In this document: in pieces, positions 35,233 to 44,849 of the stretch
Layout: each line of letters begins with the position of its first letter
How positions within the stretch are numbered: the stretch's first letter is position 1
Assembly (NCBI GenBank): GCA_964429935.1
Contig: CAYSED010000005.1
Span: 1-57,572 of the forward strand
From: an uncultured Hyphomonadaceae bacterium
GTDB lineage: Bacteria; Pseudomonadota; Alphaproteobacteria; Caulobacterales; Hyphomonadaceae
Direction: 5' to 3'
DNA length: 57,572 nt
The notes under the pieces: model-generated
What the model saw: the letters and a program-made list of their open reading frames with translations, nothing else
What the model was told of the DNA's origin: nothing
Databases searched by the model: none
Program-made: the position numbers and the translations under genes

Positions 35233-35808
35233 TCATGGCGCCATGTCGACCGGCCCGGCCACCAGTTCCGGCGACACCCAGCCGACGCGGGGATCGTTCA
35301 GCGTGACAAGCTCGCCCAGTTCGTAAATGTCCGGATAGCCATAGCCGTAGAGATTGACGAAGGTCGGCACGTTGAGCGCGAGCGGCGGCGATTTTGCCGG
35401 CACCGGCTCGGCATTGTCGGCGAAATTATTGTTGCAATAAATGAGTATGCGCGTGTCCCGCTCCGGGATCACCCCGGCAAGCTTCAGTTCGGTCATGTCG
35501 GAAAAGACGAGATTGACCGCCCCGGCAATATGTCCCGCTGCGAAGGCTTCGGCGCTGCGCGTGTCGAGGATGATCGTGTTCGGCTCGGCGGCCATGGCCT
35601 TGAACGCCTCGAGCGAGACGAGCCGGTCCTGCCTGTAGGCCATGACCTCCTCGGACAGGGCGAGAAAGCCGGCAAAGTTGATGCTGTCGCCGGTCGTCCG
35701 GTAGGCCGGTTCGGCATCGGCTTCCTGACCGCTGGCGGCGAGCAGGCCGGTGGCGAAGAAGACGGCGGCGGCGACAAGGGCAACGAGATTGGCGCGGCGG
35801 GTGCTCAT
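35233..35808 (-). CDS. Secreted rhodanese-like domain protein
   Basis: Signal peptide MSTRRANLVALVAAAVFFATGLLAASG, rhodanese core ILDTRSAEAFAAGHIAGAVN and active-site loop ILIYCNNNF. Confidence 0.75.
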   Translation of the reverse strand: MSTRRANLVALVAAAVFFATGLLAASGQEADAEPAYRTTGDSINFAGFLALSEEVMAYRQDRLVSLEAFKAMAAEPNTIILDTRSAEAFAAGHIAGAVNLVFSDMTELKLAGVIPERDTRILIYCNNNFADNAEPVPAKSPPLALNVPTFVNLYGYGYPDIYELGELVTLNDPRVGWVSPELVAGPVDMAP

Positions 35809-36033
35809 GATCGGTCCTTTCAGAAAAACCCGATGTCATCAGGCCTGGGGATTGCGGCGGCATGAGGCAGGCAATGCGGCATGCTGGCGAAAAAGTGTGG
35901 CGGCACAGGGCAGGGCCGGTGAAGCGCTGCCGCAGGCGTTCGGTCAGGGGTGCGTCATGCCGCGACCCCGCCCCTTTGTCCTGTGCCCGAACTGTTCTAG
36001 GTGTCGTCGCAGCAGGAGACAGGAGCCCGGCGC

Positions 36034-36462
36034 ATGGCCTATTGGCTGTTCAAGTCCGAACCGTTCAAATGGGGCTGGGAAGACCAGGCCAGGGCAGGCC
36101 GGCGCGGCACCGAATGGGACGGCATCCGCAACTACCAGGCCCGCAACAACATGCGCGACATGGCGCTCGGCGACCGCGGCTTCTTCTACCATTCCAATGA
36201 GGGGCTCGAAATTGTCGGCATCGTCGAGGTCTGCAAGACGATCCACCCGGATTCCACGACCGATGATCCGCGCTGGGAATGCGTTGACCTGCGCGCCGTC
36301 GCCCCGCTGCCCAAGCCGGTCACCCTTGCCGAGGTCAAGGCCAATCCGGCCCTTGCCGGCATGGCCCTCGTCACCTCGATGCGCCTTTCCGTCCAGCCGG
36401 TGACGCCCGCCGAATGGGCCGAGGTCTGCCGCATGGCCGGGCTCGACCCGAAATCGCTCTGA
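36034..36462 (+). CDS. EVE (PUA-like) domain protein
   Basis: MAYWLFKSEPFKWGWED...WDGIRNYQARNNMRDMALGDRGFFYHS. Start at ATG 36034. Confidence 0.85.
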   Translation: MAYWLFKSEPFKWGWEDQARAGRRGTEWDGIRNYQARNNMRDMALGDRGFFYHSNEGLEIVGIVEVCKTIHPDSTTDDPRWECVDLRAVAPLPKPVTLAEVKANPALAGMALVTSMRLSVQPVTPAEWAEVCRMAGLDPKSL

Positions 36463-36558
36463 GCGCCCCCCGCCAAGCCCTTTTCCTCCACCACGATAGT
36501 CGGGGAGGTGGATCGCGCGAAGCGCGAGACGGAGGGGGCCTTAAGGCCACCCCCAAGC

Positions 36559-37476
36559 CTAGTCCGGCATGTCGCTCGCCGGCAGCCTGGCCGCCCGCCG
36601 TGTCTCGAACCGGTCCTCGACCGCGACGATCAGGCAAGCCGCAATGATGATGACCGCCCCGGCATAAAGCCGCCAGCCGGGCACTTCCCCGAAAAAGGCC
36701 GCGCCGAGCAGGCCGCTCCAGATCAGCGCCGTATATTCGATCGGCGCGAGCTTCTGCGCCGGGGCCCGCGAATAGGCGATCGAGAACAGCCACCAGACCG
36801 TGAAGCCTAGAATGCCAAGAAGGACCAGAACCGGCAGCGCCGAGACATCGAGCCCCGGCAGGCTGAGCACCAGCAGGGGCGACAGGAACAGCGCCGGGAA
36901 CACGTTCGAGAACATGGCGATGGTGAGCGGGTCCTCCTCGCGCGAGCGCAGGCGGATGAGGACAAGGGTCACGGCATAGAGAAAGGCTGCAAGGAAAGCG
37001 GCCGCCGCCCCTGCCACGCGCTGGCCTGTCTCCGGCGCGCCGCCGGTCGCCGCCGACACCGCGAAGATGGCCCCGAGAAAGCCGGTTGCCGCAGCGATCG
37101 CGCTGGTCCTCGTGACCGGCTCCTTGAGGATGACCGCCCCGAGCGGGGCAATCATCAGGGCCGAGGTGAACCCGATGACCGTCGCCTCGGCGAGCGCAAG
37201 CTGTGTCAGCGACCAGAAGAAGAGCAGTGCCGACGTCACCTGGACAGCTCCGCGCAGGGCATGGAAGCGGATCGCCCGCAGGCTCGGCAGCGGCCTCGGC
37301 CGCGCCCGGTAAACGCCGAGCGCGATGCTGCCGCCGACGAGGAAGCGCCAGGCGACGATGGCCGGCACCGCCATGCTGAGGGCAAGGCCCTTGACCGTCG
37401 CATCGATCACGCTGCCGAGCGCGATGCAGAGCGCCGCGATCAGGAGCGGCGAGGGGAGGGTGCGGGGCATCGGCAT
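36559..37476 (-). CDS. DMT-superfamily (EamA) transporter
   Basis: 305 aa with about 10 hydrophobic segments in two EamA-like halves. Confidence 0.85.
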   Translation of the reverse strand: MPMPRTLPSPLLIAALCIALGSVIDATVKGLALSMAVPAIVAWRFLVGGSIALGVYRARPRPLPSLRAIRFHALRGAVQVTSALLFFWSLTQLALAEATVIGFTSALMIAPLGAVILKEPVTRTSAIAAATGFLGAIFAVSAATGGAPETGQRVAGAAAAFLAAFLYAVTLVLIRLRSREEDPLTIAMFSNVFPALFLSPLLVLSLPGLDVSALPVLVLLGILGFTVWWLFSIAYSRAPAQKLAPIEYTALIWSGLLGAAFFGEVPGWRLYAGAVIIIAACLIVAVEDRFETRRAARLPASDMPD

Positions 37477-37567
37477 GTCCGGGAGCGCGTCACAAGCTGC
37501 GACGGCCTGTCAAGGCGTTTCGCGGGTGGCGCCCGGCGGCCCTGCGGGACCGCGCGGAATGCCTGCC

Positions 37568-37653
37568 TGTCCCACCCGATCGCTGTCGCTGTTTTCATTG
37601 GAAATAAAACTGTCCCACCTGTCCCACCCCCTGTCCCACCAGGGTGTCCCACC
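37568..37653. promoter_or_regulatory. Five direct copies of TGTCCCACC in the divergent DMT/SDR intergenic region
   Basis: Copies start at 37568, 37611, 37620, 37632 and 37645. The last four have spacings of 9, 12 and 13 nt. Confidence 0.5.
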
Positions 37654-37761
37654 CTGCCGGTTGTCCGCAGGATGCCGCCTGCCGAATTCGCCGTGCCTGC
37701 ATTCCCATGGCGCGGGGCTTGGTCTAGGATTTGGCGACCTCTTAAAGGAATGGACCCGCTT

Positions 37762-38733
37762 ATGGCCCTGTCAGACCAGAAACCCGTTCAGTCCGGCTTT
37801 CACGCCAAGTCAACTGCGGCCGAGGTGCTCGCCGGGATCGATCTCGGTGGAAAAAACGCCATTGTTACAGGAGGTTATTCCGGGATCGGGCTTGAAATGG
37901 TGCGCGCCCTTGCCGCTGCCGGGGCCCGCGTCACCGTGCCCGCCCGCCGCGTCGCTGCCGCCGAGGAGGCGCTCGGGGCCGTGTCCGGCGACATCGAGAT
38001 CGCCAGCATGGACCTTGCCGACATCGCGAGCTGCCGCAAGTTCGCCAGCGACTATGCCGAAACCGGCCGCCCGCTCGACATGCTCATCAACAATGCCGGA
38101 ATCATGGCCTGCCCGGAAACCCGCGTCGGCCTTGGCTGGGAATCCCAGTTTGGAATCAACCACTTGGGCCATATGGCCATGACGCTCGGCCTTGCTCCGG
38201 CCCTCGAGGCGGCGACCGGGGCCCGCCTCGTTTGCCTCTCCTCGACGGCTCACGCCATGTCCGATGTCCACTGGGACGACCCGCATTTCAAAACCCATGC
38301 CTATGACAAGTGGCAGGCTTACGGGCAGGCCAAGACGGCCAATGCCCTGTTCGCGCTCGGCGTTGACCGGCGCGGCCGCGACATAGGCGTGCGCGCCTTC
38401 TCGGTCCATCCGGGCGGCATCCTGACGCCGCTGCAGCGCCATCTCAGCGACGAGGAAATGGCCGTGCTCGGCTGGAAAAATGCCGACGGCACCATTCCGG
38501 AGCGCGTGAAAGCCATGTTCAAGACGCCCGAGCAGGGGGCCTCGACGGCCGTCTGGGCCGCGACGTCCCAGGCGCTCGCCGGCAAGGGCGGGGTCTATTG
38601 CGAAGACTGCGACATCGCCATGCCGGCGACGCCCGAAAGCCAGCGCTACCAGCATGTCCGCGACTGGGCCTGCGACGACGACAAGGCCGAACGGCTCTGG
38701 GACATGAGCGAACGAATGCTCGAGGCAGCGTGA
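37762..38733 (+). CDS. Short-chain dehydrogenase/reductase
   Basis: AIVTGGYSGIGLE, NNAGIM and YGQAKTANALF. ATG 37762 has AAGGA 12 nt upstream, with ATG 37750 as the alternative. The track extension back to 37261 overlaps the DMT gene. Confidence 0.85.
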   Translation: MALSDQKPVQSGFHAKSTAAEVLAGIDLGGKNAIVTGGYSGIGLEMVRALAAAGARVTVPARRVAAAEEALGAVSGDIEIASMDLADIASCRKFASDYAETGRPLDMLINNAGIMACPETRVGLGWESQFGINHLGHMAMTLGLAPALEAATGARLVCLSSTAHAMSDVHWDDPHFKTHAYDKWQAYGQAKTANALFALGVDRRGRDIGVRAFSVHPGGILTPLQRHLSDEEMAVLGWKNADGTIPERVKAMFKTPEQGASTAVWAATSQALAGKGGVYCEDCDIAMPATPESQRYQHVRDWACDDDKAERLWDMSERMLEAA

Positions 38734-38747
38734 CCGGGAACAAGGAC

Positions 38748-39158
38748 ATGTCAAAACCGCTCTCCCTGCAGAACCGCCCGGCCCATCTCGGCCTTGGCGG
38801 CACGGCCCATGTCCTTCCGGAATTTACCGGCGGCATGGACTGGTACGAAACCTACGGCACGCTACACCCGAATGATGGCATCGAAGGGCGGCTTGTCTCG
38901 ATGCACACCTTCCATGAAGGCTGGGACAGTTGGGAAGTCCATCCGTTCGGCTCCGAACTTGTCCTCTGCACACAAGGGCGGATGACCCTGATCCAGGACT
39001 ATCCTGACGGCCGGACCGAAACGGTTACGATCGGGCCGGGGGAATATGTTATCAACAATCCCGGCGTCTGGCACACGGCCGACGTGGATGAAGCGCCCGC
39101 CATGGCGATCTTCATCACCGCCGGAGAAGGCACCCGCCACCGGCCGCGCCAGGCCTGA
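38748..39158 (+). CDS. Cupin-domain protein
   Basis: WEVHPFGSELVLCTQG...GPGEYVINNPGVWHTA. Start at ATG 38748. Confidence 0.65.
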   Translation: MSKPLSLQNRPAHLGLGGTAHVLPEFTGGMDWYETYGTLHPNDGIEGRLVSMHTFHEGWDSWEVHPFGSELVLCTQGRMTLIQDYPDGRTETVTIGPGEYVINNPGVWHTADVDEAPAMAIFITAGEGTRHRPRQA

Positions 39159-39196
39159 CAAGACACTAGGAAGGGCCATGAAGCCCAAAGGAGCAC

Positions 39197-40000
39197 ATGA
39201 TGAAACCGGTCCCGCTTATCAGATTGGCTCCGGCACTCCTCTTGTTCGCCGCCTGCACGACGGCGGGACCCGGGCTCTTTCCCGGCACCCGCATCGGTCC
39301 GCCGCCGACAGACTATGTCGCCCTCCTCGGCCATCCGGACCGTCCGGCCGCCGACATGGCCGATGACGAGGCCCGTCAGCCCGCCGACGTGCTCGCCTTT
39401 GCCGGGGCAGGCTACGGCGTGACCGTGATCGACATGGAAGCGGGCGGCGGATACTATACCGAGCTTCTCTCCCGCGCCGTCGGCGAGGACGGCCGCGTCT
39501 ACATGCAGAACCCGGCCCAGTTCGACGGCTTCCTCGGCGATGCTGTGTCCCAGCGCCTCGCCGAGGGCCGCCTTGCCAATGTCATTCCCGTGCGCACGCC
39601 CTTCGATGATCTCGAAGTCGAGGCCGGCACGGTCGACCTCGTGACCTGGGCGCTCGGGCCGCACGAGCTCTGGTTCCAGATCGATCCCGAGAACCCGACC
39701 ATCCTCGGCGATCCGGACGGGACGTTTTTCGAGATCGCCCGTGTCCTGAAGCCGGGCGGCACATTCGTTGCCCTTGACCACAGGGCGGCCCCCGGCACGC
39801 CGCCTGCGAGCGGCAATGATACCCATCGGATCGACCCGGCCATCATCATCGGCAAGGCCGCTGCCGCCGGGCTCGTTCTCACGGCCGAAAGCAGCCTCCT
39901 GGCCAATCCGGACGATACGCTCGACATCAATGTCTTCGACCCGGCCATCCGGCGCAGGACAGACCGCTTCCTCCTGAAGTTCGAGAAGCGGGCAGGGTAA
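39197..40000 (+). CDS. Class I SAM-dependent methyltransferase-like lipoprotein (COG4798-like)
   Basis: Lipobox LLLFAAC, motif I VIDMEAGGGYYTELLS and LKPGGTFVALDH. Confidence 0.7.
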   Translation: MMKPVPLIRLAPALLLFAACTTAGPGLFPGTRIGPPPTDYVALLGHPDRPAADMADDEARQPADVLAFAGAGYGVTVIDMEAGGGYYTELLSRAVGEDGRVYMQNPAQFDGFLGDAVSQRLAEGRLANVIPVRTPFDDLEVEAGTVDLVTWALGPHELWFQIDPENPTILGDPDGTFFEIARVLKPGGTFVALDHRAAPGTPPASGNDTHRIDPAIIIGKAAAAGLVLTAESSLLANPDDTLDINVFDPAIRRRTDRFLLKFEKRAG

Positions 40001-40048
40001 TCCAGCCGTCCGCTGACGGCGGGCCCTTCCGGCGCGCAAGGGCATCCG

Positions 40049-40747
40049 ATGGACCGGCTCCTCACCTTTCTGCAGACGATGGACCGGCCGACCCGCTCGG
40101 CCGTGATCCTGTCGCTGCTGGCCTTCGGGCTGACCGCCGCGCTCCTGCTTGCCGGCAGCAGCGGCAGCTTCATCGATCTCGGCGCGTTTCAGGCGGCGCT
40201 GCGGGAGCTGCGGGCCTCCGGCCTCGCCTTGCCTGCGGTCGTCTTCGCCTTCTGCGCCGGGGCCTTTCTCGGCGCGCCGCAATTCGGCCTGTTCGCGGCC
40301 GTCATCGCGGCGTTCGGGCCATGGCAGGGCGGGGCCTACGCCTGGGCGGCGACCATGGTTTCCTCTGGGCTCACCTTCTGGACCGGACGCCTCGCCGGGG
40401 AGCGTGCCTTCCTGCGCCTCGCCGGACCCAGGGCGCGCGAGCTTGCAGCCTTCATCGGGCGCAATGCCTTCACCGCGAGCGCCATTGTCCGCCTCGTCCC
40501 GGCGGGCCCGTTCGTGCTCGTCAACATGGCGTTCGGCGCGAGCGGGGCGCGCTTTGCCGCCTTCTGGGCAGGCACCGGGCTCGGCATCGTCCCGAAGATC
40601 GCCCTTGTCGCCTTTGCCGGACAGACCGTCTTCGCCCTGCTCGACGGCCGGCCGGGCCTCGCCGCCATCGCCCTCGGGCTCCTCGCCCTTGCCTGGCTCG
40701 GGCTCGCTGTCGGCGCCCGCCGCCTCATGCGAAACCGTGCGCAATAG
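40049..40747 (+). CDS. TVP38/TMEM64 (DedA-related) family membrane protein
   Basis: 232 aa with multiple TM segments and RLVPAGPFVLVNMAFGAS, typical of the family. Confidence 0.72.
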   Translation: MDRLLTFLQTMDRPTRSAVILSLLAFGLTAALLLAGSSGSFIDLGAFQAALRELRASGLALPAVVFAFCAGAFLGAPQFGLFAAVIAAFGPWQGGAYAWAATMVSSGLTFWTGRLAGERAFLRLAGPRARELAAFIGRNAFTASAIVRLVPAGPFVLVNMAFGASGARFAAFWAGTGLGIVPKIALVAFAGQTVFALLDGRPGLAAIALGLLALAWLGLAVGARRLMRNRAQ

Positions 40748-40806
40748 TTTCCCGAACAGGCGCGATTCCGGTTGACTTTTGCGTCCAATCCTAAAAAATC
40801 TTCTGT

Positions 40807-40872
40807 ATGAGAACAGATCTTCCGCTCCTGCTGCTTACGGGCCCCTGGCGGGTTCATGTCGGGACACAATAG
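40807..40872 (+). promoter_or_regulatory. Candidate leucine leader peptide ORF upstream of leuA
   Basis: ATG AGA ACA GAT CTT CCG CTC CTG CTG CTT ... TAG encodes MRTDLPLLLLTGPWRVHVGTQ. Five of six codons at positions 5-10 are Leu. Downstream, CCCCTGGC (40842-40849) pairs with GCCAGGGG (40886-40893), followed by ACATTTTCTT. Confidence 0.4.
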
Positions 40873-40935
40873 GTCCTGATGACCGGCCAGGGGACATTTT
40901 CTTCCTATTCCACCCCTGAAGCCGGAACCCCCGAC

Positions 40936-42468
40936 ATGCCCAAGCCCCCCCACATCCGCATCTTCGACACGACCATGCGCGACGGCGAACAAAGCCCCGG
41001 CGCGAGCATGACTCTGAACGAGAAACTCACTCTCGCCGACCTTCTGGAAGACATGCATGTCGACATTATAGAGGCCGGCTTTCCGGCCGCTTCCGGCGGC
41101 GATTTCGAGGCCGTCAGCCAGATCGCGCGCCGGTCGAAATCCGCCGTGATCTGCGGTCTCGCCCGCTCGACCCCGGGCGACATCGACCGCTGCGCCGAGG
41201 CTGTGCGCCGGGCTGCGCGCCCGCGCATTCACACCTTCATCTCGACAAGCCCCGTGCACATGAAGCACAAGCTCAGGATGGGTCCGAACGCCGTGCTCGA
41301 AGCGGTCGGCCGCTCGGTGGCGCAGGCCCGCAACCTCGTCGATGATGTCGAGTGGAGCCCGGAAGACGGGACCCGCACCGAGTTCGGCTTTCTCTGCAAG
41401 TGCATCGACGCGGCGATCCTCTCCGGCGCGACCACGATCAACATTCCCGACACGGTCGGCTATACCCACCCGGAGGAATATGGCGCGCTGATCCGGGCGC
41501 TGATCGGGACCATTCCGAGTGCCGACAAAGTCGTCTGGTCAACCCATTGCCACAATGATCTCGGGCTTGCCGTCGCCAATTCCCTGGCCGGGGTCGCCGC
41601 CGGGGCGCGGCAGGTCGAATGCACGATCAACGGGCTAGGCGAACGGGCCGGCAATGCCGCACTCGAAGAGGTCGTCATGGCCCTCCGGGTCCGCCATGAC
41701 AGCCTGCCCTATTCGACCGGTCTCGACACGACGCGCCTCGCCGCCGCCTCGAAAATGGTCTCCCGGATCACCGGTTTCCCGGTCCAGTACAACAAGGCCA
41801 TTGTCGGCAAGAATGCCTTCGCTCACGAGAGCGGCATCCATCAGGACGGCATGCTCAAGAATGCCGAGACCTACGAGATCATGAGGCCGGAAGATGTCGG
41901 CGTCTCGAAAACCTCCCTCGTCATGGGCAAGCATTCCGGCCGCCATGCCTTCCGCGACAAGCTGGCAACGCTCGGCTACGAGCTTGGCGAGGAGGAACTG
42001 AATGATGCCTTCCGGCGCTTCAAGGACCTCGCCGACCGCAAGAAGCATGTCTTCGACGATGACATCGCCGCGCTTGTCGACGACCAGCTCTCGGCCATGG
42101 GCGAGCGGATCGCCTTTGCCCGGCTTCGGGTCATTGCCGGGTCCGACGGCCCGCAGAACGCCGATCTCGAACTCCTCGTCGATGGCGAGCGCCGCGCCTC
42201 GAGTTCCGAAGGCAACGGCCCGGTCGACGCAGTCTTCCGCGCCATAAGGGTGATCGTGCCGACAACGGCAAGGCTCGACCTCTACCAGGTCCACGCCGTC
42301 ACCGGCGGCACCGACGCGCAGGCCAGGGTCTCTGTCCGCCTCGTCGGGGAAGGCATCATCGCGACCGGCCAGGCCGCCGACACCGACACGCTCGTCGCCA
42401 GCGCGAAAGCCTATATCCACGCCCTCAACAAGCTCGAGGCCCGCAAGGCCAAGCGCCTCGCGGCCTGA
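40936..42468 (+). CDS. leuA: 2-isopropylmalate synthase
   Basis: IRIFDTTMRDGEQSPGASM, HCHNDLGLAVANSLAGV and a C-terminal LeuA dimerisation/regulatory domain. Start at ATG 40936 (MPKPPH); the track uses the alternative 40879. Confidence 0.92.
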   Translation: MPKPPHIRIFDTTMRDGEQSPGASMTLNEKLTLADLLEDMHVDIIEAGFPAASGGDFEAVSQIARRSKSAVICGLARSTPGDIDRCAEAVRRAARPRIHTFISTSPVHMKHKLRMGPNAVLEAVGRSVAQARNLVDDVEWSPEDGTRTEFGFLCKCIDAAILSGATTINIPDTVGYTHPEEYGALIRALIGTIPSADKVVWSTHCHNDLGLAVANSLAGVAAGARQVECTINGLGERAGNAALEEVVMALRVRHDSLPYSTGLDTTRLAAASKMVSRITGFPVQYNKAIVGKNAFAHESGIHQDGMLKNAETYEIMRPEDVGVSKTSLVMGKHSGRHAFRDKLATLGYELGEEELNDAFRRFKDLADRKKHVFDDDIAALVDDQLSAMGERIAFARLRVIAGSDGPQNADLELLVDGERRASSSEGNGPVDAVFRAIRVIVPTTARLDLYQVHAVTGGTDAQARVSVRLVGEGIIATGQAADTDTLVASAKAYIHALNKLEARKAKRLAA

Positions 42469-42552
42469 TCCGGAATTATTTGCAGAAGGACATGCCGCCC
42501 CGATTGCGCCCGGGTCTGCGCAGGATGATATATCACCCGCTGGCATCTGCCG

Positions 42553-42822
42553 GTGTCTTACAAGGGACCGTTCGGTCACATGCGCAACCTCCTGCCGGCG
42601 CTCATCGGAAGCCTCCTCATCATCGAACTCGCCGCGATCTCCATGGCGCTCATCGTCTGGCTGGTCCTCGCCTGGTTCGGCGCGCCCCTGTCCGTCATCA
42701 TTGCCGGAGAATCCCTTGGCGGCGTCGCGCTCCTCATCCTGTCCTGGTTCATCATCCGCCAGGCCCTTCGCAACGCGCGCGCCTTCGACGAGGAAGACCG
42801 CGCCAGGGTCGAGGCCGGCTGA
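42553..42822 (+). CDS. Small hypothetical membrane protein
   Basis: Two hydrophobic helices (LLPALIGSLLIIELAAISMALIVWLVLAWF, LGGVALLILSWFII). No family recognised, and the start is uncertain. Confidence 0.4.
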   Translation: MSYKGPFGHMRNLLPALIGSLLIIELAAISMALIVWLVLAWFGAPLSVIIAGESLGGVALLILSWFIIRQALRNARAFDEEDRARVEAG

Positions 42823-42897
42823 CCGCCCGGCGATTGCCCTGCCGGTCCGGCTGGGCTTTACTGCTCCCGTAAAAAAAGCCCAGGGGAGACATATGCC

Positions 42898-44754
42898 ATG
42901 GCCGACAGTGCCAGCCTGCCGCCATTCCGGCCGATACTGCAGCGCCCGCCTGACATCCGCATGAGGAAAACCGGCGACGGCATCATCTACCTGACGCCAA
43001 ACCAGGTGCCGGGCGACCGGCCGCGGACGATCCCCCATTGCCTCGACAACAAGGCCGCCGCGCATCCGGATCGCGTCTTCCTGAAAGAGCGCGACCCGGC
43101 AAGCGATGCCTGGACCGAGCTCACCTATGGCGAGGCGAAGCGGGTAACCGACAGCCTCGGGCAAGCCTTCCTTGACCATGGCGCCGGGCCGGACGCGCCG
43201 GTCATGATCCTGTCCGGAAATTCGGTTCGCGCCGCCATGGTCATCCTCGCCGCACAGAAAGTCGGCGCCCCTGCCGCGCCGATCTCGGTGCCCTATTCGC
43301 TGATGTCATCGGACTTCGACAAGCTGAAGCATTGCGCCCGGGTCGTCCGGCCAGCGCTGATCTTTGTCGAAAGACTAGAGCCCTTCCGGCCCGCCCTCGA
43401 AGCCCTGTCCGAGTTCGGCGCGGTCATTGTCTCGGGCGACGGGCTTGTCGATGGCGCCCTGTCCTATGACGCGCTCGCCGCCGCGGCCCCGACAAAGGCC
43501 GTGGCCGACGCGATGGACCGCCTCACAGATGACAGCGTCGGCAAATATCTCTTCACTTCGGGGTCGACCGGCATGCCGAAGCCGGTTCCGACAACCCAAG
43601 GCGCGATGTGCGCGATGATCGCCGGGGTCGAAGGCCTGCGCGACGACAGCCGCGACCCGGACCATGATCCGGACGAGGTCATCCAGTTTCTCGACTGGCT
43701 GCCCTGGAACCATATTTCCGGCTCGAACGTGAACTTCAACGGCGTCCTGTGGAATGGCGGCACCTACTGGATCGATGGCGGCAAGCCGACCGCAGCCCTG
43801 TTCGGCGAGACGATCCGCAATATCCGCGACTGCCGCCCGCACACCTATGGCAGCGCGCCGGTCGCGCTCGCCATGCTGGCCGAGGCCATGGAACGGGACG
43901 ACGGCCTGCTCGAAGCCTTCTTCGCAAATATGCGGTCCATCGGCTATGGCGGGGCGACCCTGTCGGACGATCTCTATGACCGGCTCCAGGCGCTCGCCAT
44001 AAAGGCGACCGGGCGGCGCATCCCCATCACGACCATGTACGGAGCGACCGAGACACAAGGCATCACGGTCGTCCACTGGGAGGCCGAACGGGTCGGCCTG
44101 ATCGGGCTGCCCTTGCCGGGTCTGACCCTGAAACTCGTGCCGAACGGGGCCAAGCTCGAAGTGCGCGTGAAAGGCCCGACCGTCATGCCCGGCTATTACG
44201 GCCTGCCGGAGAAGACAGCTGAAGCCTTTGACGATGAAGGCTTCTACTGTCTCGGCGATGCCGCGAAGTTCGTCGACGAGGCCGACCCCAACAAGGGCAT
44301 CATATTCGACGGCCGCGTGGGGGAGGACTTCAAGCTCTCGTCCGGCACCTGGGTCAGCGTCGGCGTGCTCCGGCCTGATTTCGTCGCCGCCTGTTCGCCG
44401 CTCGTCTTCGATGCCGTGATCGCCGGCCAGGACAAGGACTATGCGAGCGCGCTTGTCTGGCCCTCGCCGGCGGCGCTCGAGCCCTTCCTGAGGGCAGCGG
44501 GGGGCGACATGGCGGCCGGTTTTGCCGCCTATGGCGGCGCGCTTGCCGCAAAGGCTCGGGCCTTCAACGCGGGCGAGCAGGGCTCCTCGCGGCGGTTGAA
44601 GCGGCTCGTCATCATGACCGAGCCGCCCTCGATCGACGCCGGAGAGATCACTGACAAGGGCTATGTGAACCAGCGCTGCGTCATCGACCGGCGCGGCGGC
44701 CTCGTCGCGCAGCTCTATGCCGAACCGCCACCGCCAGGCGTGCTGGTTCTGTAG
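42898..44754 (+). CDS. AMP-binding acyl-CoA synthetase (feruloyl-CoA synthase-like)
   Basis: 618 aa with YLFTSGSTGMPKPV and MILSGNSVRAAMVILAAQKVGAPAAPISVPYSLMSSDFDKLKH, resembling Fcs-type ligases. Confidence 0.82.
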   Translation: MADSASLPPFRPILQRPPDIRMRKTGDGIIYLTPNQVPGDRPRTIPHCLDNKAAAHPDRVFLKERDPASDAWTELTYGEAKRVTDSLGQAFLDHGAGPDAPVMILSGNSVRAAMVILAAQKVGAPAAPISVPYSLMSSDFDKLKHCARVVRPALIFVERLEPFRPALEALSEFGAVIVSGDGLVDGALSYDALAAAAPTKAVADAMDRLTDDSVGKYLFTSGSTGMPKPVPTTQGAMCAMIAGVEGLRDDSRDPDHDPDEVIQFLDWLPWNHISGSNVNFNGVLWNGGTYWIDGGKPTAALFGETIRNIRDCRPHTYGSAPVALAMLAEAMERDDGLLEAFFANMRSIGYGGATLSDDLYDRLQALAIKATGRRIPITTMYGATETQGITVVHWEAERVGLIGLPLPGLTLKLVPNGAKLEVRVKGPTVMPGYYGLPEKTAEAFDDEGFYCLGDAAKFVDEADPNKGIIFDGRVGEDFKLSSGTWVSVGVLRPDFVAACSPLVFDAVIAGQDKDYASALVWPSPAALEPFLRAAGGDMAAGFAAYGGALAAKARAFNAGEQGSSRRLKRLVIMTEPPSIDAGEITDKGYVNQRCVIDRRGGLVAQLYAEPPPPGVLVL

Positions 44755-44849
44755 GCGAGCGCCTGCAGCCCCTGTCGCCGCATCCGCTTGCCAAGCGCCT
44801 CGCGCCCCGCCACTCTCGGCACAAGGGAATGCAGGCAGGGGAGGCCGGA

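Noticed and set aside
37568-37653. Possible CRISPR-like array of TGTCCCACC
   Set aside because: The repeats are only 9 nt long with 0-4 nt between them. There are no spacers of CRISPR size and no cas genes.
38999-43179. 581-aa (38999-40744) and 514-aa (41635-43179) minus-strand ORFs
   Set aside because: They are antisense to the methyltransferase/TVP38 genes and to leuA. leuA motifs are unambiguous on the plus strand.
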